A stretch of DNA of 62,908 bases, the filler included, from Bigelowiella natans CCMP2755 (taxonomy: Eukaryota; Protista; Cercozoa): NCBI GenBank assembly GCA_000320545.1. It is 8 parts of 8 records of this genome, joined end to end, with 100 filler letters (N's around TTAATTAATTAA, not from the genome) between each part and the next. Parts side by side here need not be neighbours in the genome. Positions count along the whole stretch, not along the records: positions 9,071 to 27,060 come from ADNK01000322.1; positions 27,161 to 38,806 come from ADNK01000355.1; 6 more parts are not named here. One strand, written 5' to 3'. Positions 25,363-35,939 of this stretch are shown here, piece by piece (positions within the stretch are counted from its first letter, which is position 1; each line of letters starts with the position of its first letter). The position numbers were made by a program, and so were the translations under genes. Below the pieces are notes generated by a model that saw nothing but the letters and a program-made list of their open reading frames with translations, was not told where the DNA came from and ran no database searches.

Positions 25363-26666
25363 AATCGCCGGTCCTTCTACCCGCGGTTCATAAACTTCAG
25401 GGCCTGCATTATCTGCCGTATCTCTTCAATCGCCGCCTTCGCTCGCTCCTCTATGAGCTGCTTCCACGACAACTGGGGGTGGTGGCTGTGGTGGTGCTGC
25501 TGCTGCGGGACATTGTTGTGCTTCGATTTCTTCCTTCGCCCTTTCTTCTTTCTGATATTCTCTCCTCCCCTGTTACCGGAGTGGGATTGCTTCCGACTTT
25601 TCAAGATCACCTTACAGAACCTGTCAAGGTTGGAAAGGTGGCGATTTTGGACATATTTGATAGCAGTACTGCTGCTGCTGTTGTTGATGATGATCGTATC
25701 AATGACGCTATCATGCCTCTGGAAATCTTCCGTCAAGAATCTGTCTTTGGACGCACGCAGAGCCACTTATTGGGGGCAATTTGCGACGGGTATTTGATGT
25801 GTGGATAAATCTCCCATCATGCGTGTGAATGCAATACCTCTCCTTCCACTTCGAGCTGATCTCACCCACCCCAGCGTAACAATGAAGTCTGCATCAAAAC
25901 AGCAACAAGGCACGAGCGAGATTAGCATCAGCTCACTACTACTAGGAATATCCATCTCCTTTGGGTTGACCAAATTTCCCTACTACTACTATTACTACCA
26001 CTACTTTTACTACTACAACTACTGACTATGCTACTACAACCCGAAGAAACCTTTCACCCTTCCCAATGCACAAAATTGAATAAATTCTACCCTGCTCTAA
26101 AGACCCTCAGCGCGCTTTCTGGAAGTGAGTTGTTTTTAAGCAATTTTCTATATAACGACAACGACAAATGAGCGAGTCAGGAGCTTCCAGCAAACTCGGC
26201 ATCACAAGCATTTACACACTCTTTACGACACTATTCATCGCTCATCGGACTCTTCCTTGCCTAGTCTCTGGATCATTCCCCCCCCCCCCCCCCCCCCCCC
26301 CAAAAAAAGCTTCATGTGCATCTTTCATGATTTGGTGGACATCGCAATTTGGGAGCGTGTATGAGACATATTCAATAATATATTGTAGAACATGCAGTTT
26401 TGTTGTACATGAGATCGGAAGAAATGACGCTTTTCCCTGCAGTGTGAAACAGTATGCCTTAGAACTCATACATATATGCATATCATGCAAATGCTACTCG
26501 TCTCATCAATAAACGTATCCCCCCCCTTTGGGGGTGGGAGAAAAGACATATGCACAGCTGCACAAACATTCTGATCATAATCTTACGATCTTTGCCGATG
26601 CGTTGTCCTGCACACACTCTATGCACAGCTTTGATAAAACTGTGAAACAACACACACATTTTTATA

Positions 26667-26702
<36 letters not shown>

Positions 26703-27060
26703 TGCTTCGAAAAACTCAGAGAGAAAACCGACGATATCAGCAGCACAAACTGCCTGCATGATTGCTGGCCGGAGGCTCGCGGCAAAAGATTTTTTTTGGT
26801 TGCCGTTGGTGAGTTCTCAGCAAATTAACGAATGAATGTGATGGTGCTGGAGAAGAAGAAGATGAAGATGATGATAATGATGATGATGATGATGATGACA
26901 TTGCTTCGTTAGCACCTTTGAACGTCCTTCTGCGTGAGTGACTGCTTTGCCGTAGACTCAAGTGCCGCCTTGACAATGGCGGGCAAGATCGATGTGTGGG
27001 ACACGTAGATCACACCGTTTCCTGGCGAAAAAGACGGGATGTATTCAGCAATAAATAGGC
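18907..27060 (-). CDS. One or more large, unidentified multi-exon genes
   Basis: Repeated blocks of complex protein-like sequence on the minus strand (e.g. 25377-25973, 21929-22174, 20950-21288, 20074-20270, 19860-20030) alternate with microsatellite-filled intron-like segments. No motif recognised, and boundaries and gene number are uncertain. Confidence 0.35.
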
Positions 27061-27270
27061 NNNNNNNNNNNNNNNNNNNNNNNNNNNNNNNNNNNNNNNN
27101 NNNNTTAATTAATTAANNNNNNNNNNNNNNNNNNNNNNNNNNNNNNNNNNNNNNNNNNNNGTTTTCCTGCTTTTGCGAGAAGTTTGTGCGTGAGAAACGA
27201 CTTCTTCATGATCTCATCGCTTCATTCTCAACCCCGCCCCCCCATCTCCTCGAAATGCACCGAATGAATA

Positions 27271-27515
27271 GCTACGCGGCTTTGGAGGGCCCGGAGAAGG
27301 TGAAGGGGACGTTCAAAGAGCTGAAGAGGATGGGGTTCACTGCGCAGATGCTAACGACCGAAGCGAACCTAGTCGGGTGTGACCTCGACGCCATGACGAA
27401 GCGCCTCGTGTCGGCAGTGGGTGCGGCGGAGGAGGAGAAGGCATCTGACGATGAGGCGGAGGAAAGCAAAATGACCGAGCTACTTCCAGCACTACTGCGG
27501 GCCCTCGAGTCGTGA
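27271..27515 (+). CDS. 3' terminal exon of an unidentified gene (rest lost in gap)
   Basis: GC-rich frame YAALEGPEKVKGTFKELKRMGF...LLRALES-stop following an AG at about 27270. Confidence 0.45.
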
Positions 27516-28482
27516 TGAGCGCGCCCATAGCAGCAAACCTCGCCGTGCATGCCCACACGTTGCGGGTTAGTCTTCTTTGAGCTGCCTGCTGCGGGATGTG
27601 CTTCAGCTTGGAAGAAAAGACCAGTAGTGTTACGTGACGAGCAGCACATCATTTGAGCTAGCATGCATGATTCTCCGGTCTCGATCTAGCGATCCGCTGC
27701 TCGTTTCACCGTCTAGCCGTGCTCGTATTTTAGTTCATTGTTCATTTGCGACCCGGCCAAGCATGCTCTTTTATGCTTACACATTAACAATTACATAGCG
27801 TCAGCCAACTTAGGCACATTGCACCATATGAGGCATGCATCTATGTGTAGCCATCGCGACACATCTACAGTCGTAGATGCATACACAGCAAATATCTAGA
27901 CATCAAGCTAGCATGCAAGGTGCAGAATCAACAGCATATCAAATGATCATGCTAGCATGTGTGCATGCATCGTAACGCATATCTCGATCTCTCTGGATGC
28001 CATGTGAGACCCAATATAAGGTCCACCTAGCCATATACTAGATATACAGTTGTGTAGCAAGTGCTAGGGTGCCATGCTAGCATGCTAGCGCTCTAGCTAG
28101 CATAGCAAAATGTGTCTGCAATCTATCTATGCACATCTAGATATATATGCGCTCATTGCGAAGTAAGGATTCATCTACGCGCTACGCTAGACAATATTAT
28201 GCATAAAGTGATACAAAAAACTGAAACGTAGAAGTATATGCATGCAGCATGCAGCGTGACGCTACGACGACGACGACGCAAACAACAAACGACATCAACT
28301 GGACTGAGAGGCGGCAAGCTTCCGCTGATATCACCAGCACGTTGCTGCTTGTTGCCGCTACTGGCGAGGCTGTTTACTATGCTCTTGGTACACCGGCTGC
28401 TAGCTGCTACTTTATGCGTAGCGGCTCGCACCGCGGTCGTACTAGTTTAGTTCTGGCGGATGATGATAATGGATTCGTTCGC

Positions 28483-30557
28483 TCACTCCGCAGTCTTCTT
28501 CTCCTTGATAGCCACCGCGATGGAGAGCTCCTCGAGCTGCTTTCCTGTGATCTCGGAGGGCGCGTTGATCATGAGATCACGCCCCATCTTGTTCTTAGGG
28601 AAGGCGATGAAGTTGCGAATACTCGTCTCGTTGCCGAGGATGCTACAGAGCCGATCGAAGCCGAACGCCAGCCCGCCGTGCGGCGGCGCACCGTACTCGA
28701 ACGCGCCCATCAGGAAGCCAAACTGCTTCTCGGCCTCCTCCTTGGTGAAACCGAGCTTCTCAAACATCGTCATCTGGATGTCGCGGTCGTGGATACGGAT
28801 CGACCCGCCGCCGACCTCCACGCCGTTGATGACCATGTCGTACGCGTTTGCGCGCACCTTGCCGGGCTCGTCCTTGAGGTACTTGACGTCCTCTGGCTTG
28901 GGGCTCGTGAAGGGGTGATGCATTGCGCACCAGCGCTTCTCATCTTCGTCCCACTCGAACAACGGGAAGTCGACGACCCACAGCCCTATTTGGGGTAGCA
29001 GCAGCAGCAGCAGCAGCAGAGAAGAGGGGGGGGGAGAGGAGGGAAGGAGGGCAGGTAAGAACGATGTTTGCGAGGGGAGATACTAATGGTGGTGGTGGTG
29101 GTGGTGGTGGTGGTACACTCCCCCCGCCCCCCGCTCTCTCCCCCCTCCCTTTTCCATTCGAATGATCCAGACAGCAAGAAAGATGCACACAGCATAACAC
29201 TAGCCCTCCCAGCACCCCACACAGCGCAGCACCGCCATCGCCACAACCCAAACTTCTTCTCACCGTAGAAGCCCTTGTTCCTGAGACCGAGGCGTGTTCC
29301 CATTTCGTGGCGGAACTTGCCCATGGCGTCGCGCGCCTTGTTGTCATCGCCCCAGAAGACAAGGATCATGTCGCCGGTTTTTGCGCCGCACAGCTTTGCC
29401 CAGGCCGCGAGATCGGGGGCCTTGAAGAATTTATCAACCGACGATTTGAACTTACCGCTCTTCCCGTCCTCCCCCACCTCCTCGCACTTCACCCACACCA
29501 TTCCGCTGGCGCCGATGCTCTGGTCCTTTGCGAGCTTCTCGAGCTCTTTTATCTTCTTCTTCGAGTATTTGGCAAGGCCTTGTGGGGGGGAGAGGATGCA
29601 GAAGGGGAGGAGGAAGAGGTGTGGAGAGTCGTGATGGTTACTAAATTGTTGTTATAGTAGTAGTAGTAGTAGTAGTAGTAGTATGGTAGTGGCAGCAGTA
29701 GCAGTTGCAAGACTTACGATAAAATGGTGTACGCTGTTGTCATTATGATCGATTCTCGCAAGCACGAAGCCGCCACTAGCCGCATCGATCACCACAGCAT
29801 ATCCCCTCCCCCCCCCCTTCCCCATCACCTTCGCACACAATCCCGACGACGAGCTCCGATTCATCAAACATCTTGAGCCCCTTGCCCTTGGCGAGCTCGG
29901 TGAGGTTCTTTAGCTTCATCCCATACCGGAGGTCGGGCTTGTCAATCCCGTACGCACACGCACACGCACACACACGCACACATACACACCTCAATGAAGC
30001 CTTCGCCTGCAAGATAGTTCCTCACAACTTGGGCGCATTTTGCACGCAGGATGAGGGCGTCCTTCACAGGATCACGGCGAATGTCGAGGAAACGGTATCT
30101 GAGTGATTGGGAGGTGAGGCAAGGTTAAGGCGGAGTCGTAGGACGAGCGTGCGCGGGGGGGATTCGTTGTGCGTGCTGGTAGATGATGGCGGTGATGAAA
30201 TTCATTGTAGAAATGATGATGATGATGGTGGTAAGATTGATGTTGATGGTGGTGATGACGATGTTTGATCTCCCACACAAACGACTACTTCATGCGGATT
30301 TCCTCAAGACCGTCAGTCTCCGATTCGATCTTGAATGGCGGAGTTTTTGACTGGTTCAGGACTTTGATGCTGCGAAGGTAGGTATGAGTATATATATTCA
30401 ATTGTGGGTGCAAGCAAAAGGGAAGGTCGGTTTCACACGCAGCCCCAACAACACCCCCCTTCGTTCACCCCCCCCCTACCCATCGCACCTTGTTGGCGCT
30501 AGCTCGATAGCTCCGGTAGCCTTATCCTTTGATTTGTTCGAGCGCTCAATCACCTGT

Positions 30558-30603
<46 letters not shown>

Positions 30604-31760
30604 GTGAGGTAGGGTTGGAAAGAGGAGGGGGAGAGGGGGAAGGGGGGGGGGGGCACTTTCCATTTGTCGGACCTATCTATTTATCCACTTGTCGATTAAC
30701 TATTCCACAACGTTTATCAAACTACCCCTGTGACGAGCCTAAATATTCCCTTCCACCCCTCACCCCCTTTATCACCACCACGACGCCCTTCATCGAGGTT
30801 CTATACCTTTCCCGTCACTTGGATGACATACTCGCGACCGAGCTTCCTTGCGATCTCGTAACGCTCCTTCTCCCCCTGAAAGAAGGGTGGAGGGACGTAC
30901 GTTAGAACGGGGATGAATAATCTATCTAGTTGAATGATAGTCGTTTTTTTGGGTGTGTCATTGAAAGGCTCACACGCCCATGGGTGGGGCATCCTTCTGT
31001 GCGAACTGAATGCATCGGAAACGCAGGAGGAGCACCTTTTTCTCCTCTGGTGGGTTATCTCCCGGGTTAGGAAAGACGCACTGCGTCTGCCCATATCTAG
31101 ATGATGCCGTAATTATAAAGTGTGGGTAACGATGAATAATTATAAGATAGGCAATCCTCAGGGATTCAGTGATTTCGCTTCATGTGCAGTGTTCGGTGGA
31201 AAAAGTCATCTCTCTTTCTCCTCCCCTTTCCCCCCGCTTAACCCCCCCTCACGCATCCGCTGCTCGTTAATCTAACTTAAATGGGGAAGAAGTCAAGCTC
31301 GTATGTGTTGAAGGGATGCATCGTCAGGGCGAATGTCAGTTGCTGCAAAGTGAAGTTCGGCACCTATCACGGATATCCACGAAGGCCATACCGCGCTGGT
31401 CGCGGCTCTTTTGAACCCAACCAGACAATGTAACTTCCTTGCCAACATCGCCTATTCGCAGCTCGCCGCAACTGTTCGTATCATCCCGAAGAACGGGGAA
31501 CACAGGCGGAAAATTGGCGATCAAAATACGGCAGAACCAAGATCTTAAAATTATTTGCGGGCGATGTGCCTCGTTCACCATTGTTTTCTTGGTCTGCATT
31601 CTTACCTATGCGTACGATATCCCGTAGTTTTGGTATACTTTACTTCTGGCTCCTTTGACTCCATGTTCTTCTTCTCCTGAGGAAAGTATTGGGTTGAGTT
31701 GGAGAAAAACAAACCACGAGAATATAACCACCACCGGAGGAGCGGGCGGAAAGTAAACAT
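28483..31760 (-). CDS. aspS: Bacterial-type (organellar) aspartyl-tRNA synthetase, multi-exon, central segment missing in this assembly
   Basis: YRTHSCGELR...[10 protein letters not shown]...[35 protein letters not shown]...[31 protein letters not shown] (GAD insertion), [10 protein letters not shown]...[41 protein letters not shown] (motif 3), IAFPK. Confidence 0.95.
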
Positions 31761-33298
31761 AATTCGCAATTACTCTATGCGTGCGAAAGTTTGATTTAAT
31801 CCAAAATGTGTGGATTTAGGGCGAATTCATCAAAAGAGGTGGAAAGATAGGAAACATGTTGGGCCGGGGGGGTGGAAGGCTGACCTTCGGGTTATGCGCA
31901 GCAAGGAGCCCTGGGTGTCGGAGATCCTGGAGTACCAAAAATTACCGGTATTTTATCCAGAAATAAGGATAAAGTCATGTCGCAAGAGGAAAACGCAACA
32001 TATTCGAAATTCGGGAAACTCCGCAGCGATTTTTCCTGGATTTTCTCCTGCGGAGAGATCGTCTTAGAATCAAATGAGCGGAAGTTGATGACCTCCAACC
32101 CGAAAACATCCTAAAAAAGTTGACCCAATGTACCCACTCCCACCTTTCGTTGTCTTATCGGGATTTTGGCTGTCGCACGCATTCCAATCGAGGGCTCAAA
32201 TCAGAAGGAATTCTCATATGATCAGTTCAGAACGAATTTCGTCCATGTCTGTCGAAGCAACTTCTTTTCCTTTGGCTGCGACTGGAATTATGGGGTTTGC
32301 GTATCTTTATGTTTGGGAGCTCAGTGGTCATTTGTGGATCCAGCAGGCTGCACTTCTGGTCTTACCAACTGCTTCTGGCTACGTGCTGAGGAAACATTTT
32401 TTCGGCCCGTCAACATACTCCTGGGAAATTTATTTCTCACGTTAATTTACAAAATGCATAAAAAGTGCGGACATCTTTTTGGCTAGTCAACGGCTTGAGA
32501 CTTGAGACCAAGGCTGGAAGCCAATTATAGACCAGTGGCTGGGAGCAACTCAGTAGCTTGGTTGGGCAAAATCAATGATATAGCTGAGAGAAATCGGGCG
32601 TAATATTCCAAATCAAGTGGCTTGTATCCTTGTCTCAATCAAAATTACCTCGGCATTAATATCCCCACTACTTCTCCCTTCCAGGCCTGAATGGAATCAG
32701 GCCACGCGACAGACGTGACTTTGTGATCTTCCCTCCGAATCTGGAAAAGGACATCGAATCCCTCAACTGCGACTCACTCTACAGGCCTTCTGTGCAGAAA
32801 TCACACGGCGTTCAGTAAAGGTTCATCTCCGATTGCGCACGTTCCCAGGCGATCTCAGCCGGTTTTCCTTGATATTTCCGTGATTCGGTTGAACTTGCCC
32901 AAAATGCCACGGGTTTTCTCCTCGAATACACACTTCCACCACTTTTCTCTGTCCGTGGCAGAACGAACCAGCAATCAGGTTCTCCCCCTCAGCACACACT
33001 CAAAAGGAATTTTGGTTTGGAGGTTCGTTACACGCTCGGCCTGGGCTAGCTTGGAGAGTAACGGTTGGTACTCTCCAGATGGTCCAGCAACCGAGCGTGA
33101 GAAAATCCGAGTTTTACCTTGCTAGATAGGGATGAGAGAGGCAGCACTGATGGATCGCTAGTCCAATGAAAAAAACCCTTTGTTCTCTGCAGTGCGCAGA
33201 TGCAATGATCCTCATAAAATATTAAAGAATGTGACATTTGATGCAAATCGTGTGATCGCTGTAACACTAAACCCAGTCCTAATCATCAATTGACAGAG

Positions 33299-35467
33299 AT
33301 GAAGGCATCTGAAAAGGCCGCCGCTGATGCGACTCCCTGCGAGATCGTAAACAAGGTCTGCAACGAGCCGAGCTCTAACCCTAAGAACGGGTCGAAGGCA
33401 AAGGATGCTCAGAGTCCTGGCCTGATCCTCCCTCTCGGTCTGTGCGTGCTTCAAGTCGCCATCGTGAAAAGGATGTGGGGAGACGAGTGGCAGACGATGT
33501 ACAACCCGTTTGGCACCGGTGTATCGATCGTCTACCCCATTGTCGCCACGGTGCTCTACCTCATCATGGTTTTCGGCGGCCAGAGGATCATGAAGGATAG
33601 GAAGCCGTTCGACGACTTCTGCAAGCCATACATGCTCGTTTACAACCTCTACCAGACCGTATTCAACAGCTGGTGGGTCGTGATGACCGTCTACGAGGTG
33701 TACAAGTTGGGCTACCCGCTGTTCCGACTGAGCCTGAAGCTGAACCAAGAGCAGTTTAACTTGGGTTTCCTCATCTGGCTCCACTACCAGAACAAGTACC
33801 TCGAGATGCTGGACACGACCTTCATGGTGTTGCGTAAGAAGAGCAAACAGATTTCATTCCTCCACTGCTACCACCACGTGCTACTTGTGTGGTCATGGTA
33901 CGCGGTCTGCAAGTTCGGCTGCGGCGGGGAGGCCTACTTCGGCGCATTGATGAACGCGATCATCCACGTGATGATGTACGGCTACTACTTCCTTTCAACC
34001 TTAAAGGTCACTGTTCCTTGGAAGCGTCATCTGACCTCTATGCAGATGGGACAGTTCGTCTGCTGCCTCTCCCACAGCATCTGGTGCTTTGTGAGCGGTG
34101 TTTACCCTCGCTCTCTCTGCCTCCTCAACATGTGGGTGATGATCTGCATGCTGTACCTCTTCAACCGCTTCTACACCCAAGCCTACAGAAACAAGAAGAA
34201 GAAGAAGGGGGCGGCTGCGTCCGAGAGCTCCGCGAAGGAGGAGGCTGAGAAGCAGCACACCGATGAGAAGTCTCGCAGCTACGTGTATCTCAACGGCCTG
34301 AAATACGATGTGACGGAGTTCGCACCTCGCCACCCCGGGGGGAAAGTGATCCAGTACTACCTCAACCAGGATTGCACCGACGCTTATCAAGCCTTTCACC
34401 GCTCCTCCAAGAAGGCCGCCGCGGCGCTGAAGAAGCTTCCACGAGTGAAAGCTGCTCCCAAGGAGATCCCTGAGCAGCCTGCCTACGTGATGGAGTACCG
34501 CGAGCTGGTCAAGAAGTGGACCAAGATGGGGCTCTACAAGGTGAACTGGGGTGTCATTGGGCTTCGCATGGCTGAAATCGTCGCTTGCCTGGTATTCTCC
34601 GTCTACTACGCGCGACACTCGATAGTCATTGCCGGCGCCGTTGCAGGCTACGCCTGGTCTAAGTGCGGGTTCCTGCAGCACGACGCCGGTCATCTCGGCA
34701 TCACAGGGAACTCGGACATCGACATCATGATCCAGGTTGTCACGGAGGGCTTCGCGAAGGGGGGCACGGCGGCCTGGTGGCGCAACCGGCACAACAAGCA
34801 CCACGCCAAGCCCAACGTGCACTCGCAGGACACGGATCTCATCACCCTGCCCTTCCTCTCGTGGGACAAGGAGCACGCGAAGGGCGCGCCCAAGTGGCTC
34901 ATCCGGTACCAGGCCTACTACTTCCTCCCCCTCCTCTGCCTCTACGTGCCCATCTTCTTCATCACGACGAAGCTGTTTATGTGGAGGAAGAAGAAACCCC
35001 TCGAGGCGTGCGTGTCGCTGCTCCACTACATCGTGTTCGTCTCCGCGCTCCAACAGTGGAGCGGGCTCACGGGGGCGGCAACCGCGGCGTGGTTTCTCGT
35101 CGGCTACGCGGTGCAGGGGGTCTACCTCGGCTTCTCCTTCTCTCTCTCCCACTTCGCCATGCCGCACATCCACTCCGCGGACGGCGCCAAGAACATGGAC
35201 TGGGTGAAGCTCCAATGCAACACCACGCTCGATTTTAGCAGGAGCGAGATCATCGGATGGCTAACCGGCCACCTCAACCTGCAGATCGAGCACCACCTCT
35301 GCCCAACCATGCCCACCATGAACTACCAGTACATGCGCGAGGACGTACGCAAGCTGTGCGACAAGTATCCCGAAGACCTCCACTACACCTCGATGAGCTT
35401 CTGGGAGGCTGTCAAGCTCAACTTCGGAACTCTCAACGAGGTTGCGAGGCACCGCTGCGCCAATTAA
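33299..35467 (+). CDS. Fused PUFA elongase (GNS1/SUR4 ELO) - cytochrome b5 - front-end fatty acid desaturase, 722 aa in one uninterrupted ORF
   Basis: ELO motifs KYLEMLDT, QISFLHCYHH (His at 33863), HVMMYGYY and TSMQMGQ. Charged linker at about 34193-34278. Cytochrome b5 HPGG (34331). Desaturase boxes HDAGH (34679), HNKHH (34790) and QIEHH (35282). No stop, intron or gap between the domains. Confidence 0.97.
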   Translation: MKASEKAAADATPCEIVNKVCNEPSSNPKNGSKAKDAQSPGLILPLGLCVLQVAIVKRMWGDEWQTMYNPFGTGVSIVYPIVATVLYLIMVFGGQRIMKDRKPFDDFCKPYMLVYNLYQTVFNSWWVVMTVYEVYKLGYPLFRLSLKLNQEQFNLGFLIWLHYQNKYLEMLDTTFMVLRKKSKQISFLHCYHHVLLVWSWYAVCKFGCGGEAYFGALMNAIIHVMMYGYYFLSTLKVTVPWKRHLTSMQMGQFVCCLSHSIWCFVSGVYPRSLCLLNMWVMICMLYLFNRFYTQAYRNKKKKKGAAASESSAKEEAEKQHTDEKSRSYVYLNGLKYDVTEFAPRHPGGKVIQYYLNQDCTDAYQAFHRSSKKAAAALKKLPRVKAAPKEIPEQPAYVMEYRELVKKWTKMGLYKVNWGVIGLRMAEIVACLVFSVYYARHSIVIAGAVAGYAWSKCGFLQHDAGHLGITGNSDIDIMIQVVTEGFAKGGTAAWWRNRHNKHHAKPNVHSQDTDLITLPFLSWDKEHAKGAPKWLIRYQAYYFLPLLCLYVPIFFITTKLFMWRKKKPLEACVSLLHYIVFVSALQQWSGLTGAATAAWFLVGYAVQGVYLGFSFSLSHFAMPHIHSADGAKNMDWVKLQCNTTLDFSRSEIIGWLTGHLNLQIEHHLCPTMPTMNYQYMREDVRKLCDKYPEDLHYTSMSFWEAVKLNFGTLNEVARHRCAN

Positions 35468-35939
35468 ATTCCTGTTGGGGGGGGGGGAGGCGAAAAGCAC
35501 GCATATAGCTGTAGGATTTAAGAAGGAAATATTCGGGTGCGTCCCCGCATATTGCCAGCGACAACTCTTCGCCCTCTTCGACAACTCCAAATAATGGCGA
35601 GAGCGGGAGGAATTAGATACAGGCCACAGACGAGTATACTGTATTACGTCTGATGATGATATCGACGCTGATGCTGCTTGTTAGTAGTGGCATCTATGCT
35701 TCGATCGGAGATTATGATCCATTCCCAATAAGGAGGTGAAATGCATGCCTCAGCATTCCATGTAGTACCCATCCACTATCAAAGCTTAGCTCGCCATCTA
35801 AATTTGCCGTTGCGACGGGAAAAGCGGCGCACAAAAATATATGCATGGATGTCGCAGCTTGTTATTGGAGCAAGAGCAATGTCTAGGTGTAACACACGTG
35901 TGTGTGCTGTGCGCACAGCAGCAGCATGCAAATGTGCAA

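Noticed and set aside
28249-28998. 249-aa plus-strand ORF
   Set aside because: It is the antisense shadow of the GC3-rich last aspS exon.
33212-35238. Long antisense and alternative-frame ORFs over the elongase-desaturase gene (e.g. 34001-35215 minus)
   Set aside because: These are shadow ORFs produced by the high-GC3 codon bias of the real gene and have no motifs.
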